A DNA stretch of 64,000 nucleotides from an uncultured Phycisphaerales bacterium (GTDB lineage: Bacteria; Planctomycetota; Phycisphaerae; SM23-33; FEN-1343). The notes under the pieces are model-generated. The model searched no databases. It was not told the DNA's origin and saw only the letters and a program-made list of their open reading frames with translations. The DNA lies in the NCBI GenBank assembly GCA_963785635.1, contig CAWAWB010000025.1:4729-68728 (forward strand). Direction: 5' to 3'. This document shows, piece after piece, positions 1 to 11,600 of the stretch; position 1 is the stretch's first letter, and each line of letters opens with the position of its first letter. Both the position numbers and the translations under genes were made by a program.

Positions 1-948
1 TGCGCCCAGGCCCACGCCGAGCAAGTGGAGTTCGGCGAAGGCCATTGGTCCGCTGCCTCCGCCCCGGCCAAGGGCACGCCCGCCGCCCAGCTCGCGCAGA
101 TCCGCCAGGAACTGGCCAATCACCGGCCCAAACATGCCCTCAATCTGGCGGATAAATTCATCGAAAAGCACCCCCGCGACCCCGGCCTCGAAGAGGCCAT
201 GTATCTGCGCGGCCAGGCGGAGATGGACCGCGGCAGGTACTGGCAGGCCTACGACTACTTCGAAAAACAGATCACCCGCTTTGGCGGCGGCAATTTTGTG
301 CGCCGCGCGACGTATCGGGAGTACGACATCGCCAAGGCCTTTCTGGCCGGCAAGAAGCGGCTGGTGTGGGGCTTTCTGCCCCTGCCCGCCCAGAGCGAGG
401 GCCTGAAAATCCTGGAGCGGGTCGTCGCCCGCGTCAGCGGCACGCAACTGGCGGCCGAGAGCCTTACCACCATGGGCGAGTACTATTTCAAGCACAAGAA
501 GTGGAACGAGGCCGCCCTGACCTATGACCGGTACGTGGAAATGTTTGCCGGACAGTACGATACATCCTGGGCGGAATTCACGGCCGCGCTGGCACATTAC
601 CGCAGCTTCCGCGGCGTGCCGTATGAGGATACGCCGCTCTTGGAATCCCGGCAGCGTTTCAAGGCTTTCGTTTCCAAGTACTCCAACAACCCGCGGACGG
701 ATGAGGCGCTGAGTTACCTGACGAAGATCGAGGACTTGCTGGCCGAGAAGGATTACAGGACCGGCGAATTCTATGGCCGCATCGGCCGCCCGCGCCCTGC
801 CCAGTATTATTATAATTTCGTGGCCAGATTCTATCCCGACACCCCCTGGGCCCAGGCCGCCGCCAACAAGTCCGCGCAGATCAAGCCCACGCCTCCCCCC
901 GGCGAAGGCGATGTGCGGGAGTCGCCCGGTGTGGAGGTTATGCCATGA
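1..948 (+). CDS. BamD/YfiO-like TPR outer-membrane assembly lipoprotein, 5' end outside window
   Basis: Reading frame is open from nt 1; the listed ORF 25..948 starts at an internal GTG. No signal peptide is present, so the N-terminus is missing. TPR-like helical repeats and the C-terminal 'EKDYRTGEFYGRIGRPRPAQYYYNFVARFYPDTPWA' resemble BamD. ATGA start/stop overlap with the next gene at 945-948. Confidence 0.55.
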   Translation, partial: CAQAHAEQVEFGEGHWSAASAPAKGTPAAQLAQIRQELANHRPKHALNLADKFIEKHPRDPGLEEAMYLRGQAEMDRGRYWQAYDYFEKQITRFGGGNFVRRATYREYDIAKAFLAGKKRLVWGFLPLPAQSEGLKILERVVARVSGTQLAAESLTTMGEYYFKHKKWNEAALTYDRYVEMFAGQYDTSWAEFTAALAHYRSFRGVPYEDTPLLESRQRFKAFVSKYSNNPRTDEALSYLTKIEDLLAEKDYRTGEFYGRIGRPRPAQYYYNFVARFYPDTPWAQAAANKSAQIKPTPPPGEGDVRESPGVEVMP

Positions 949-1481
949 GGTTGGTCGGCAAAACCATTGCAGCCTGGGCCGTGCTTGTAAGTGCCATCGC
1001 CGCCAGCGGCTGCGCATGCGATGGCTCGCGCGGCTATAGCTTCGAATCCCTCTACCCCGACAACATATCCACCGTAGCGGTGCCCATCTGGAAGCGAGGC
1101 TCCTCCGTCTATCGCCGCAATGCGGAGCGCCAGTTGACCGAGGCCATAATCAAGCGCATCGAGGCGGATACGCCCTACAAGGTCACCGACAAGGCCCACG
1201 CCGATACGCTCTTGGAAGGCATGCTTGTAAACATTCAGCAGCGGGTGATGAGCTTTAACCCGGCCAACGGGCTGCCTCGCGACGTGGAATTGACCTATTT
1301 CGTCGATTTTACGTGGACAGATCTTGGCACGGGGCAAATTTTAGTTCGGCGAGAAAAATTCAGGGCCACTGGTGTATACTATCCGACAGACCCGTTCCAC
1401 GAAGGCGACGATGTGGGGCTGGAAGATACCTCCAACGAAGCTGCTCGACGCATCGTGGAGACGTTGGAAAAGCCGATCTAA
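945..1481 (+). CDS. Small lipoprotein, LptE-like
   Basis: Signal peptide with lipobox 'IAASGC'. 178 aa. Translationally coupled to the BamD-like gene. Size and pattern are compatible with an LPS-assembly lipoprotein. No strong motif, so the family call is tentative. Confidence 0.45.
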   Translation: MRLVGKTIAAWAVLVSAIAASGCACDGSRGYSFESLYPDNISTVAVPIWKRGSSVYRRNAERQLTEAIIKRIEADTPYKVTDKAHADTLLEGMLVNIQQRVMSFNPANGLPRDVELTYFVDFTWTDLGTGQILVRREKFRATGVYYPTDPFHEGDDVGLEDTSNEAARRIVETLEKPI

Positions 1482-1548
1482 GGCGGGGCAGCAGTTTGTC
1501 ACGCATCGGCACGGGTATTGTCGTTGATTATTGGACATAGCACCATAA

Positions 1549-3557
<2,009 letters not shown>

Positions 3558-3562
3558 CGAAC

Positions 3563-3640
3563 CAGGGTACAGTGAACAGGGTACAGGGAACAGGAACGGC
3601 CGGACCTCCGGCACCTCTGTTCTCTGTACCCTGTTTTTTA
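3563..3640 (+). terminator. Rho-independent terminator after ftsH, built from a GTACAGG-type quasi-periodic inverted repeat
   Basis: Left arm 'cagggtacagtgaacagggtacagggaacagg' pairs imperfectly with right arm 'cctctgttctctgtaccctg'. An inner hairpin 'gccggacctccggc' lies between them. The right arm is followed by 'tttttta'. Confidence 0.6.
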
Positions 3641-3679
3641 TACGATTAACCTTAGGCGGTGTGTGACAAGTCGCTTTTT

Positions 3680-3709
3680 CTGTACCCTGTGCCCTGTAAC
3701 CTGTACCCT
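3680..3709. repeat. Extra direct copy of the CTGTACCCTG-type arm, 7 nt upstream of the folP start
   Basis: 'ctgtaccctgtgccctgtaacctgtaccct'. It has the same orientation and word as the right arms at 3614-3633 and 18681-18711. Confidence 0.7.
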
Positions 3710-3715
3710 TATCTC

Positions 3716-4569
3716 ATGGCCCGGAGCATCGATGAAATCTTGAGCAGCCATCTCACCGGCCGCCCCGTCGTGATGGGCATTTTGAACATCACGCCGGACA
3801 GCTTTTCAGATGGTGGTGAATTCCTGGCCCCCGCGCGGCCATCGACCATGCCAGCCAGATGATCGCCCAGGGGGCGGACATCATCGATGTCGGCGCAGAA
3901 TCCACCCGGCCCGGCAGCCTCTCCGTGCCGGCCGACCAGCAGCAAGAGCGCCTGGCGGAAATCCTGCCAGGCATCTCCAAGCTGGGCGTGCCGGTGAGCA
4001 TCGATACCAGTTCCGCCACATTGGCCCGCTGGGCGCTGGATGTGGGGGCGTCAATTATCAACGACATCTCCGCCGGCCGCGCCGACCCCGCCCTGCTGCC
4101 CCTGGCGGCCAAGGCTCGTGCTCCCATCGTGCTCATGCACATGCAGGGCGAGCCGCGCACGATGCAGGCTGCGCCCACCTATGTCGATGTGGTGGAGGAA
4201 GTGTACGAGTTTCTCGCCGAGCGGCTGGAGGCCGCCGAGCAGACCGGGCATCGACCGCCGGCGTTGCATCGTCGATCCGGGCATCGGCTTCGGCAAGACC
4301 ATGGAGCACAACCTGTCGCTCCTGGCGGGGGTGGGCGCGTTTACCAAACTGGGCGTACCCGTGCTGATTGGGGCCTCGCGCAAGCGCTTCATCGGCACGA
4401 TCACCGGCGTGGCCGAGCCCTCAGGGCGCTGGGCGGCTCCCTGGCCGCGGCCTGCGCCGCCTACATGGAAGGCGCCACCATCTTTCGCGTCCACGATGTC
4501 GCCGCCACGCGGCAGGCCCTGGATGTGCTGGATGTGCTGGGCAAGGCCGGCCGGCAGAAAAAACCATAA
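3716..4569 (+). CDS. folP: Dihydropteroate synthase, three apparent homopolymer frameshifts (~3830, ~4245, ~4425)
   Basis: The pieces 'MARSIDEILSSHLTGRPVVMGILNITPDSFSDGGEFL', 'MIAQGADIIDVGAESTRPGS...VSIDT...IINDIS...VLMHMQGEPRTM', 'CIVDPGIGFGKT...LIGASRKRFIG' and 'ATIFRVHDV' lie in three frames. 'gcgcggccatc' lacks one g relative to the in-frame reading. 'accgggcatc' has one extra g. Confidence 0.85.
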
Positions 4570-5051
4570 CGAGTCGGTAAAAACGATCCTAAGTTTATGT
4601 TCGCGACAGATACGTTGATGGACACACAGTCTCTTAGGCCCGATCACGGGCCTTTGCCCTGCGAAGCCTTGGCGAAGCGGGGTGTAGGCCAGGCATTTTA
4701 GGCCTGGAGAAGGTGGGTGGATAAACTCCTCTTTCCAGCCCGCTTCAGCGGGCTTGCCAAATGCGGGGCTTTAGCCAGAAGTTTTTTTCTGCACATTGGC
4801 GAGATGAAATTTCTCAAAAAAATCGTTTTTATTGAAACTAACGCCACCCAGTTGCGTTTGTCTAATAGAGCAGTGTCCCCGGATCGCGGAACTTCTGCGC
4901 GCGGCGTGTTGCTCCAGGCCGTCTCATTCGATAATCTGGAGTGATCAAGGCTCAGGCTCGGTGGAATATGGGTGCCGTGGCGGCGACCCCTCTCCCTTGG
5001 GAGAGGGTGGCCGAAGGCCGGGCTTGCCCTGCGAAGCTTTAGCGAAGTAGG

Positions 5052-5942
5052 GTGAGGGCGTGCAGCCACGTTGTGCTGGCAGGAAAGACATACTTGGACA
5101 GGATTTTGCGATATTTCGACCGCCTGCGGGACTACAGCCCCGGACAAGTACTGCTCGAACTGATCCTGATCGGCCTGGTCGTGTGGTGGATCCTGCGGTT
5201 CCTGCGCGGCACTCGCGGCGCCAGGCTGGTCAAGGGCGCAGCGCTCATCCTGGTGCTGCTGTACCTGCTCATCCGGCTGCTGCCCGAGGGCGAGCAGTGG
5301 GGCAGAATCGAGTTTCTGCTCAGCCGGTTTCTCTTCTTCCTGTTTTTGGCCTTGGTGGTGGTGTTCCAGCCGGAATTGCGGCGAGCCCTCATCCAGCTTG
5401 GCCAGGCGCGGCTATTCCGCGCCCAGGCCGGCCAGGTGGAGGCCATGATCCACCAGCTTTATCGCAGCGCGGACTACCTCAGCCGCAACAAGATCGGCGC
5501 CCTGGTCGCCATCGAGCGGCAGGTGGGGCTTGGCGCCTGGGTGGATATGGGCGTGCCCGTAAACGCCACGCTCACGGCCGAGCTGCTGAACACGATTTTC
5601 TACCCCGGCAGCATCCTGCACGACATGGGGGTGGTCATCCAGCGCGGGCGGGTGACCGCCGCGGCGGTGCAGTTCCCGCTGGCCGAAAGTAACATTGCCG
5701 ACCCCTCCCTGGGCTCGCGCCACCGCGCGGCCCTGGGACTCTCCGAAGAATGTGATGCGGTCGTTGTGGTCGTGAGCGAGGAAACGGGCCGGATCAGCCT
5801 GGCCTACGATGGGCAGCTTTCCGTCGGTGTGCCGCTGGACCAGCTCCAGGAGCTTTTGCGTGCTCTCTTAACGCCGCGGGCGACCGTGGCGGTCAAGGAA
5901 GATCAGGATAGTGATTCTGAAAGCCAAACCCAGGTCTCCTAG
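5052..5942 (+). CDS. cdaA: Diadenylate cyclase CdaA (DisA_N domain, membrane-anchored)
   Basis: Three N-terminal TM helices, then 'IGALVAIERQVGL...TIFYPGSILHDMGVVIQ...LGSRHRAALGLSEECDAVVVVVSEETGRISLAYDG', typical of the DAC domain. GTG start. Confidence 0.85.
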   Translation: MRACSHVVLAGKTYLDRILRYFDRLRDYSPGQVLLELILIGLVVWWILRFLRGTRGARLVKGAALILVLLYLLIRLLPEGEQWGRIEFLLSRFLFFLFLALVVVFQPELRRALIQLGQARLFRAQAGQVEAMIHQLYRSADYLSRNKIGALVAIERQVGLGAWVDMGVPVNATLTAELLNTIFYPGSILHDMGVVIQRGRVTAAAVQFPLAESNIADPSLGSRHRAALGLSEECDAVVVVVSEETGRISLAYDGQLSVGVPLDQLQELLRALLTPRATVAVKEDQDSDSESQTQVS

Positions 5943-7125
5943 CGCGGTGGATGGATGGAAGCCGCGTTTGTGGCGCGTGCGCCTGCTGTCCGGCGTGCGC
6001 ACACTGGCCACGGTGGCGGTGGTTTCTGTGCTGCTGTGGCTGTGGGCGGACCTCGAACGCGAATCCCGCGAGGATGTGACGGTGGCCATCAAGGTCGTGC
6101 CGCCCGCCGGCAGCGACCTGCGCATCATCACGCCGGTAGATCCGGTGAAGGTGAATTTCCGCCTCACCGGCCCGCGCGAGCATCTGGCCGAGGTGGTGCG
6201 GCGTCTGACTGCCGGCGCCGACGCCGGCCAGCAGAATGTGTACGAGGTCCAGGCCAAACCCGAATGGCTGGGGCAGTCGGAAAATGCCATCAGCGTCGAA
6301 GGCGTGCTGCGCCAATGGGACCAGGCCAAGGGCCTGACGCCCAGCGATTGCCGCCCGGCGACCATCCCCGTGAAACTGGACAGGTGGGTCGAGCGCACCG
6401 CCAAGGTCGAACTGTGGACTACAGATAACGCCGCCGTGCGCGACGCCGCGGTGACTCCCGAGCAGGTCAAGGTGCGCGTCCCCTCAAGCCGCCTGGTGGA
6501 TATCGGCCCTGCCCCGATCATCCGCACGCAGCAGCTCAAGCTGGATGGCTACGCCCCCGGCCAGCAGATCAACCGCACCGTGCCTTTGTCGGACACCATA
6601 ATGACTGCGGCCAACGGGCTTCCCGTGCCCGCGCGGCCGGCCGACCCCAAAGAAGTGGCCGTGTCCTTCCGCCTGGGCAGCCCGACGGAGACGCGGGAGT
6701 TCACCGTAAACGTGGAAGTCGTCGCGCCCCCCGAGCTGCTGGAGAAAATTGCCCGCGACGGGCTGCTGCTGGAGCGGCAGGATGGTTCGCCCCTGGGCGA
6801 GTGGCACCTCACGCTGCACGTGCGCGGCTCCAAGGAAGCCCTCCAGAAGGCCAGCGCCGACCCCGGCTCCATACGTGCACTGGTGAAGATCAGCGATTCC
6901 GATTTCCTCCAGACGGCCACGTTCCCGGCCAAGCCGGTCAATGTCATCCTGCCGGCCGGCTTGGAACTGGAAACACCCGCTTCGCCCACGGTTTCCTTCC
7001 GCTTTGTGCCCGCGCACCCCGGCTCCCCGAGCCTGCCGCCGTCGATGCCTGCCCCTTCCGCGATGACGCCAATGCCGTCCGCCGTACCGTCCTCGCCGCT
7101 TACGGAGCCCGGCGGCGGGCAGTGA
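5911..7125 (+). CDS. YbbR/CdaR-like regulator of CdaA (tentative)
   Basis: Overlaps the cdaA 3' end. N-terminal TM followed by repeated beta-rich modules (for example 'VTVAIKVVPPAGSDLRIITPVDPVKVNFRLTGPREHL') that resemble YbbR repeats. Pro-rich tail. The call rests on position after cdaA plus repeat pattern only. Confidence 0.5.
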   Translation: MILKAKPRSPSAVDGWKPRLWRVRLLSGVRTLATVAVVSVLLWLWADLERESREDVTVAIKVVPPAGSDLRIITPVDPVKVNFRLTGPREHLAEVVRRLTAGADAGQQNVYEVQAKPEWLGQSENAISVEGVLRQWDQAKGLTPSDCRPATIPVKLDRWVERTAKVELWTTDNAAVRDAAVTPEQVKVRVPSSRLVDIGPAPIIRTQQLKLDGYAPGQQINRTVPLSDTIMTAANGLPVPARPADPKEVAVSFRLGSPTETREFTVNVEVVAPPELLEKIARDGLLLERQDGSPLGEWHLTLHVRGSKEALQKASADPGSIRALVKISDSDFLQTATFPAKPVNVILPAGLELETPASPTVSFRFVPAHPGSPSLPPSMPAPSAMTPMPSAVPSSPLTEPGGGQ

Positions 7126-7133
7126 GGGTTCTC

Positions 7134-8240
7134 AACCCCTCCCCCTCCTACGGGGGAGGATGGCCCGAAGGGCCAGGTGGGGGTTCTGTTCTCCGGCAGT
7201 TGCTCAAGTCGTAAGCCGCCTTTGAAGTTTGGGATTTGTAGTTTGGAATTTGGGATTTGGCCCGAAGGGCCCTATTTGACCACCGCGCGGTGCAGGTGCA
7301 GATACAAGCAGACATCCACGGCGACCATGATGGCGTTCAGTCCATATAGCCAAGTCACCCAGGGAATCGTTTTGCTCTGGGCGTGAGCCGCCAAACACTT
7401 GGCCACAATCCCGGCCAGGTAGCCCACCAGGATCAGCAGCAGGAAGATCAGGCTCTTGCCGCCAACCGTCCCGGCCCGCCAGGTCTTGAAGATGGAGACC
7501 GGCCAGGAGACCCCGAAGCACACGAGCATCGCCGCTTCGAACCAGTAGGAAAGTTCAATCATCACCTGTCCCGCCAATCAAAGATACAGACTGCGAAGGA
7601 ATCGCCAGACTAAGGGCTGCCATGCGGATTCTAACCCCTCTCCCTTGGGAGAGGGTAGGGTGAGGGTGCAAAACCCCTCCCCCTCCTACGGGGGAGGATG
7701 GCCTTTAGGCCAGGTGGGGGTTCTGTTCTGTCCGTCTTCCCAGGTAGAGCGAGCAACCCTGAGCGCAGTCGAAGGGCTCGCGCAATTCGGCCGTTAACCC
7801 CTCCCCCTCGTACGGGGGAGGATGGCCTTTAGGCCAGGTGGGGGTTCTTGCCCGGCATGTGGCACAGCCGCCCTCGGCTGTGCTCGCAACAGTAGGGCGA
7901 GCAACCCTGAGCGCAGTCGAAGGGCTCGCGCAATCCGGCCGTTAACCCCTCCCCCTCTTACGGGGGAGGATGGCCTTTAGGCCAGGTGGGGGTTCTGTTC
8001 TCCGCGGCAGGCGGTAAGGTATGCAGCAAGGGTGCCATGGCTGCTTTTTTTGCAGCCACGTTCTAATGTGGCACAGCCGCCCCCGGCTGTGCTCCCAAGC
8101 CCTCGCAGAGGGCGTTTGACCATTAGCCCGTGGCGCCGGGTCCTGAGCGAGCGCAGCGAATCGAAGGGCGAGCCCGGGGAAAGGAGCGTTCCCTTTAGAA
8201 TTCTAATTCCGACAGTCCCGCGAACCGAAGGTTCGCGCCT
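7134..8240. repeat. Cluster of composite GC-rich hairpin repeats (REP-like); interrupted by the 7272..7577 gene
   Basis: Motif A 'aacccctccccctc-tacgggggaggatggcc...ggccaggtgggggttct' occurs at 7134-7192, 7672-7728, 7795-7848 and 7943-8002. Motif B 'agggcgagcaaccctgagcgcagtcgaagggctcgcgcaat' occurs at 7745-7794 and 7893-7942, with a degenerate copy at 8141-8180. Motif C 'atgtggcacagccgcc-ctcggctgtgct' occurs at 7857-7885 and 8077-8105. A hairpin 'cgcgaaccgaaggttcgcg' lies at ~8218-8238. Confidence 0.85.
7272..7577 (-). CDS. Small 3-TM membrane protein, PQ-loop/SemiSWEET-like (tentative)
   Basis: About 95-101 aa with three hydrophobic helices. 'SWPVSIFKTWRAGTVGGKSL' resembles the PQ-loop motif region of SemiSWEET-type proteins. 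Confidence 0.4.
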   Translation of the reverse strand: MAGQVMIELSYWFEAAMLVCFGVSWPVSIFKTWRAGTVGGKSLIFLLLILVGYLAGIVAKCLAAHAQSKTIPWVTWLYGLNAIMVAVDVCLYLHLHRAVVK

Positions 8241-8306
8241 ATAAGAATACCTCTGGGAAGCTATTACATAAAACAATAGCAGCCGAATGGGACTAGCACA
8301 AGACGA

Positions 8307-8681
8307 TCATAAAAGTCGAATGCGTTTATTCTTTGCACGATACCGTTCGATAACGTCTCGTTTCTCAAGAGCGCCAACAGCGCGTAGCACTCTTTTCTCA
8401 AATTCGATCCGAGGAGCACCTCGTGTTAGGACCCCCACCGCCTTTAGTACCCGGGATGCCAATGAATCCAAGGTGCAGGAACGGTTTGGACAGCGCGACA
8501 GAGCCTGGATAATGGCATCTTGAATTTCAGCAGCAGTGATTTCTTCAGCTCGGAGACCAGAGGAACGAAAACCAACCTCTGGATCATGGAACAAGCCATC
8601 CTCATCATCTCTTTCAATTTCCTCTGTAACATCATCACCTTCATCACAATCCCCCTCCGCGACATTGGTCTTGGATGCCAT
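8307..8681 (-). CDS. 124-aa protein with acidic N-terminus, coupled to the helicase-nuclease gene
   Basis: Its ATG (8679-8681) lies 1 nt after the TGA of the upstream gene (8683-8685). Same low GC as that gene. The N-terminal 40 aa are rich in D/E ('EGDCDEGDDVTEEIERDDEDG'). The C-terminal ~75 aa are basic and helical ('EIQDAIIQALSRCPNRSCTLDSLASRVLKAVGV...'), which is winged-helix-like by pattern only. Confidence 0.6.
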   Translation of the reverse strand: MASKTNVAEGDCDEGDDVTEEIERDDEDGLFHDPEVGFRSSGLRAEEITAAEIQDAIIQALSRCPNRSCTLDSLASRVLKAVGVLTRGAPRIEFEKRVLRAVGALEKRDVIERYRAKNKRIRLL

Positions 8682-8682
8682 A

Positions 8683-11600
8683 TCATCGCGAAATGCTTGG
8701 ATGAATTCTTCTTTCCTCCAGCGCCAACCAGAGTCCCTTCAAGGCCTCGTCCTCGTTTGCGTAAAAGGCTGACTCTCTGACCCGAAAGAACTCGCATCCG
8801 CAACGTTCCAACTGCCTCTGCCGCTGCATGTCAGCTTCGTAGTGATCGGCCCCATGCCACTTGTCACCATCACATTCGACCGCCAGCCTCGCCTGCCCGC
8901 CCACAACCACGAGATCTATGCGTTTTCCAGCAATTTCGTATTGAGCACGCACTTCAAAACCTTTTCGGAGTAGCCTCAAAGCAACATCGACCTCAAACCA
9001 GCTTTCAAAAGGATCTGGCGGACTCACAATCATCCGATTTTCCTGAAAGGCTCGCCGCTCCAACTCGTCTCGATTGAGCCCCTCAATTTCTGGTTGTTCC
9101 GTATTCTCGAAAAACTCAAGAATTCTTCGCCTGAGACACGAAGTGCTTAGATCATTTGGACTGACGGAATGAAAGAGGATCATTTGATCTCTCGCGCGGC
9201 TCGCCGCGACATTAAAACGTCGAACGTCTGCTGGCTTGGCGAGAGGACCTATTCTCTCATTGCTGGCCGCAACGAGTGACAGCAAAATGATATCACGCTC
9301 ATCGCCTTGAAAACTGTAGGGATTTCCGCAGACTAAACGCCGCCTCTCCATTTCCTCTGCACCCAATCGTTCAAGTAACCTATGTTCAATTACAGCCGCT
9401 TGCGCATCTCCCTGCAGAACAATCACACCCATGGTCTTACCGTCGTATTTGCCATCGCCGCACATCTCAAGAATCTTTTGGACAACGGCTTCGGCTTCCG
9501 GCAGATTTATCGCGCGACTGCCGGTGCCTTCTTTATTGCCCCCGCTTACAAAAATATGCTCCAGCGGGGCTAATCGAGCCCGCCCAAATTGTCGCAAGGG
9601 AATCAATGGCGTTTCAGAATAGCATAAGTCGTTGCTAAAACGGATAATCTCCGGCATACAACGAAAGTGCTCGCGTAACACAATTTGATTGGAGCTATAT
9701 CTTAGTTCGCCATGATCAAAAAGACTCCGATTAATGCCAAATGATGCTTTGAGCTCAAAGTCGTACAGGAATTGATTAATTAACTGGGTAACCCCGTTTA
9801 GAGTGATGCCCTCGGCGTCTGGACTTATCTGTTTGTCGTCACCAACGATTAGAATCTTCTTGGCCATATAAAATAATGGCAGAGCCTCAAAACCGCATTG
9901 TGAGGCTTCGTCAACGATAATCACGTCAAACATTCCTGGTTGTGGGTCTACAGTGTCCCAAACTCGATGCAAAGGCATTACCCAGGCAGGTATCGCCTCA
10001 CGACATTTGGCGAGATTCTTTTGTGCCTCTTTGCGATGAAAGAAATCTTGTTTACCCGTGCCGGACTTCGTAATCTTGCCTACATTCTGTTGCCATGCCT
10101 TCATATTTCTGCGATGATCTTCTGTGAGCCGGGAAAAACAGAATCCCCAGGCATGAAGAGAGGCCAGTTTCGCTATAATCTTCCCAACCTCCTCTTCAAA
10201 TTGATTTGCTCGCCTTATGAGGGCTTGGAAATTGTCTTCCTTAATATATTCCTCGACCCAATATTTGGCTTGTGCCCAATGCCAAGCTTCCACAATACGC
10301 GGCAGTCGCTCACCCCAATATGGATCCGCAAATCCTTGTCTTAAGTCCTTGGTGAGAACTGGAAGTAGGCGATACAACTGTGAGAGATAATCTTCAATCT
10401 TCTGTAGGTAGTGACGCTCCCTATCCAAATCCCGGATTCTGCTCGCAATCTTGATATATCCGTCAATGTCTCGGTTGCGAATTGCCTGCAGCAATTCTTG
10501 CGCGGCGGGGCTTGCGTTTGTCTTGGCTGCGACTAACAATATTGAAGCTTCGACTCTATGTATCTCTTCCGTTGCGCTTCGTTTCAGATTTCGAGCTAAA
10601 GCGAGACGGCAAGATGCGATTAATCTTTCAACCTGAGATTCATCCGACCAAACGGGCTCATATACAGACGGGCACTTGTTCAGGATTTCACGGCATTTCT
10701 CGATAAGGTTCCCAAGCGATAAGACCTCTTCGATGGCATCACACAGAGATTTGAGAGTCGTCAATTGCAGAGAATAGGGACCTTCAGCTTTATCGCATTT
10801 TCCCAACCAGAATGCCCATGCCTTCCCAAGAACGATTCGAACGCGCAGCACATCGTAAAGAACCGAGAAATGGTCCGCAGTCTTGCAAGGGCGGCCGTCA
10901 ACATGCACGCATTGTGTTATATACAGACGATCCTTGACTACTTTAGACCGAAATGGCCATCGGTCTAGCTTGCCACCCTCCTGCAAATGATCTCTTAATA
11001 TGGATGCATCTTCCTGAAGTACTTTGACATCTACGGCAGCAGGAAAACTAACAGTAACATTGTCGGCAACCGTTACCAATGCCTCGACAGCGGCAATTTC
11101 ATTTCTGGTGACACGACATAACTCTCGCCAAACGAACGAATTGCCTTGCAAGACATCACGAAGAGCTTCACTCATCCAGCGGTGTGGTGCCGCCGCGCAG
11201 GTTTTTCGGATTTTTTGGAGATCGCAAGCAGTCCTACAAATCGACTCAACAACTGCCGAGTCGCTCCTGGACAAGAAATCGGCGACGCGTTCATCAGCGC
11301 CATCCTTAGAATTGAGTTCCTCCTCATTAGCCCTCGCCTCATTTTGAACCAGAAGTGCAGAAGTTTCATCAGTCGGCAAGTTTTCAGGACAGACTAGTCT
11401 CAATTCCGCTTGGATTTCTGGCGTGAAATGCCTAAGGGCGGCAAGAACACGCATCAAATCGTTTGGAGAAATCTGACACGTCTTATCCAAGGGGACTTTA
11501 TCTTTAAACCAGCGGTAGGTTTCCTCGTCTCGTTTTACGGCTTCTGCAATGCGGGCTGCTGTCCCTCGATAGGTTCCCTCTGCAATTGATTGTGAATGAA

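Noticed and set aside
4570-5050. A riboswitch or sRNA upstream of cdaA, and ORFs 4698..5147(-) and 4717..4944(+).
   Set aside because: I could not recognise any known RNA motif by eye. The ORFs are short and overlap GC hairpin words ('ctctcccttgggagag', 'cctgcgaagctttagcgaag'). The region is left unannotated, and an Rfam scan would be needed.
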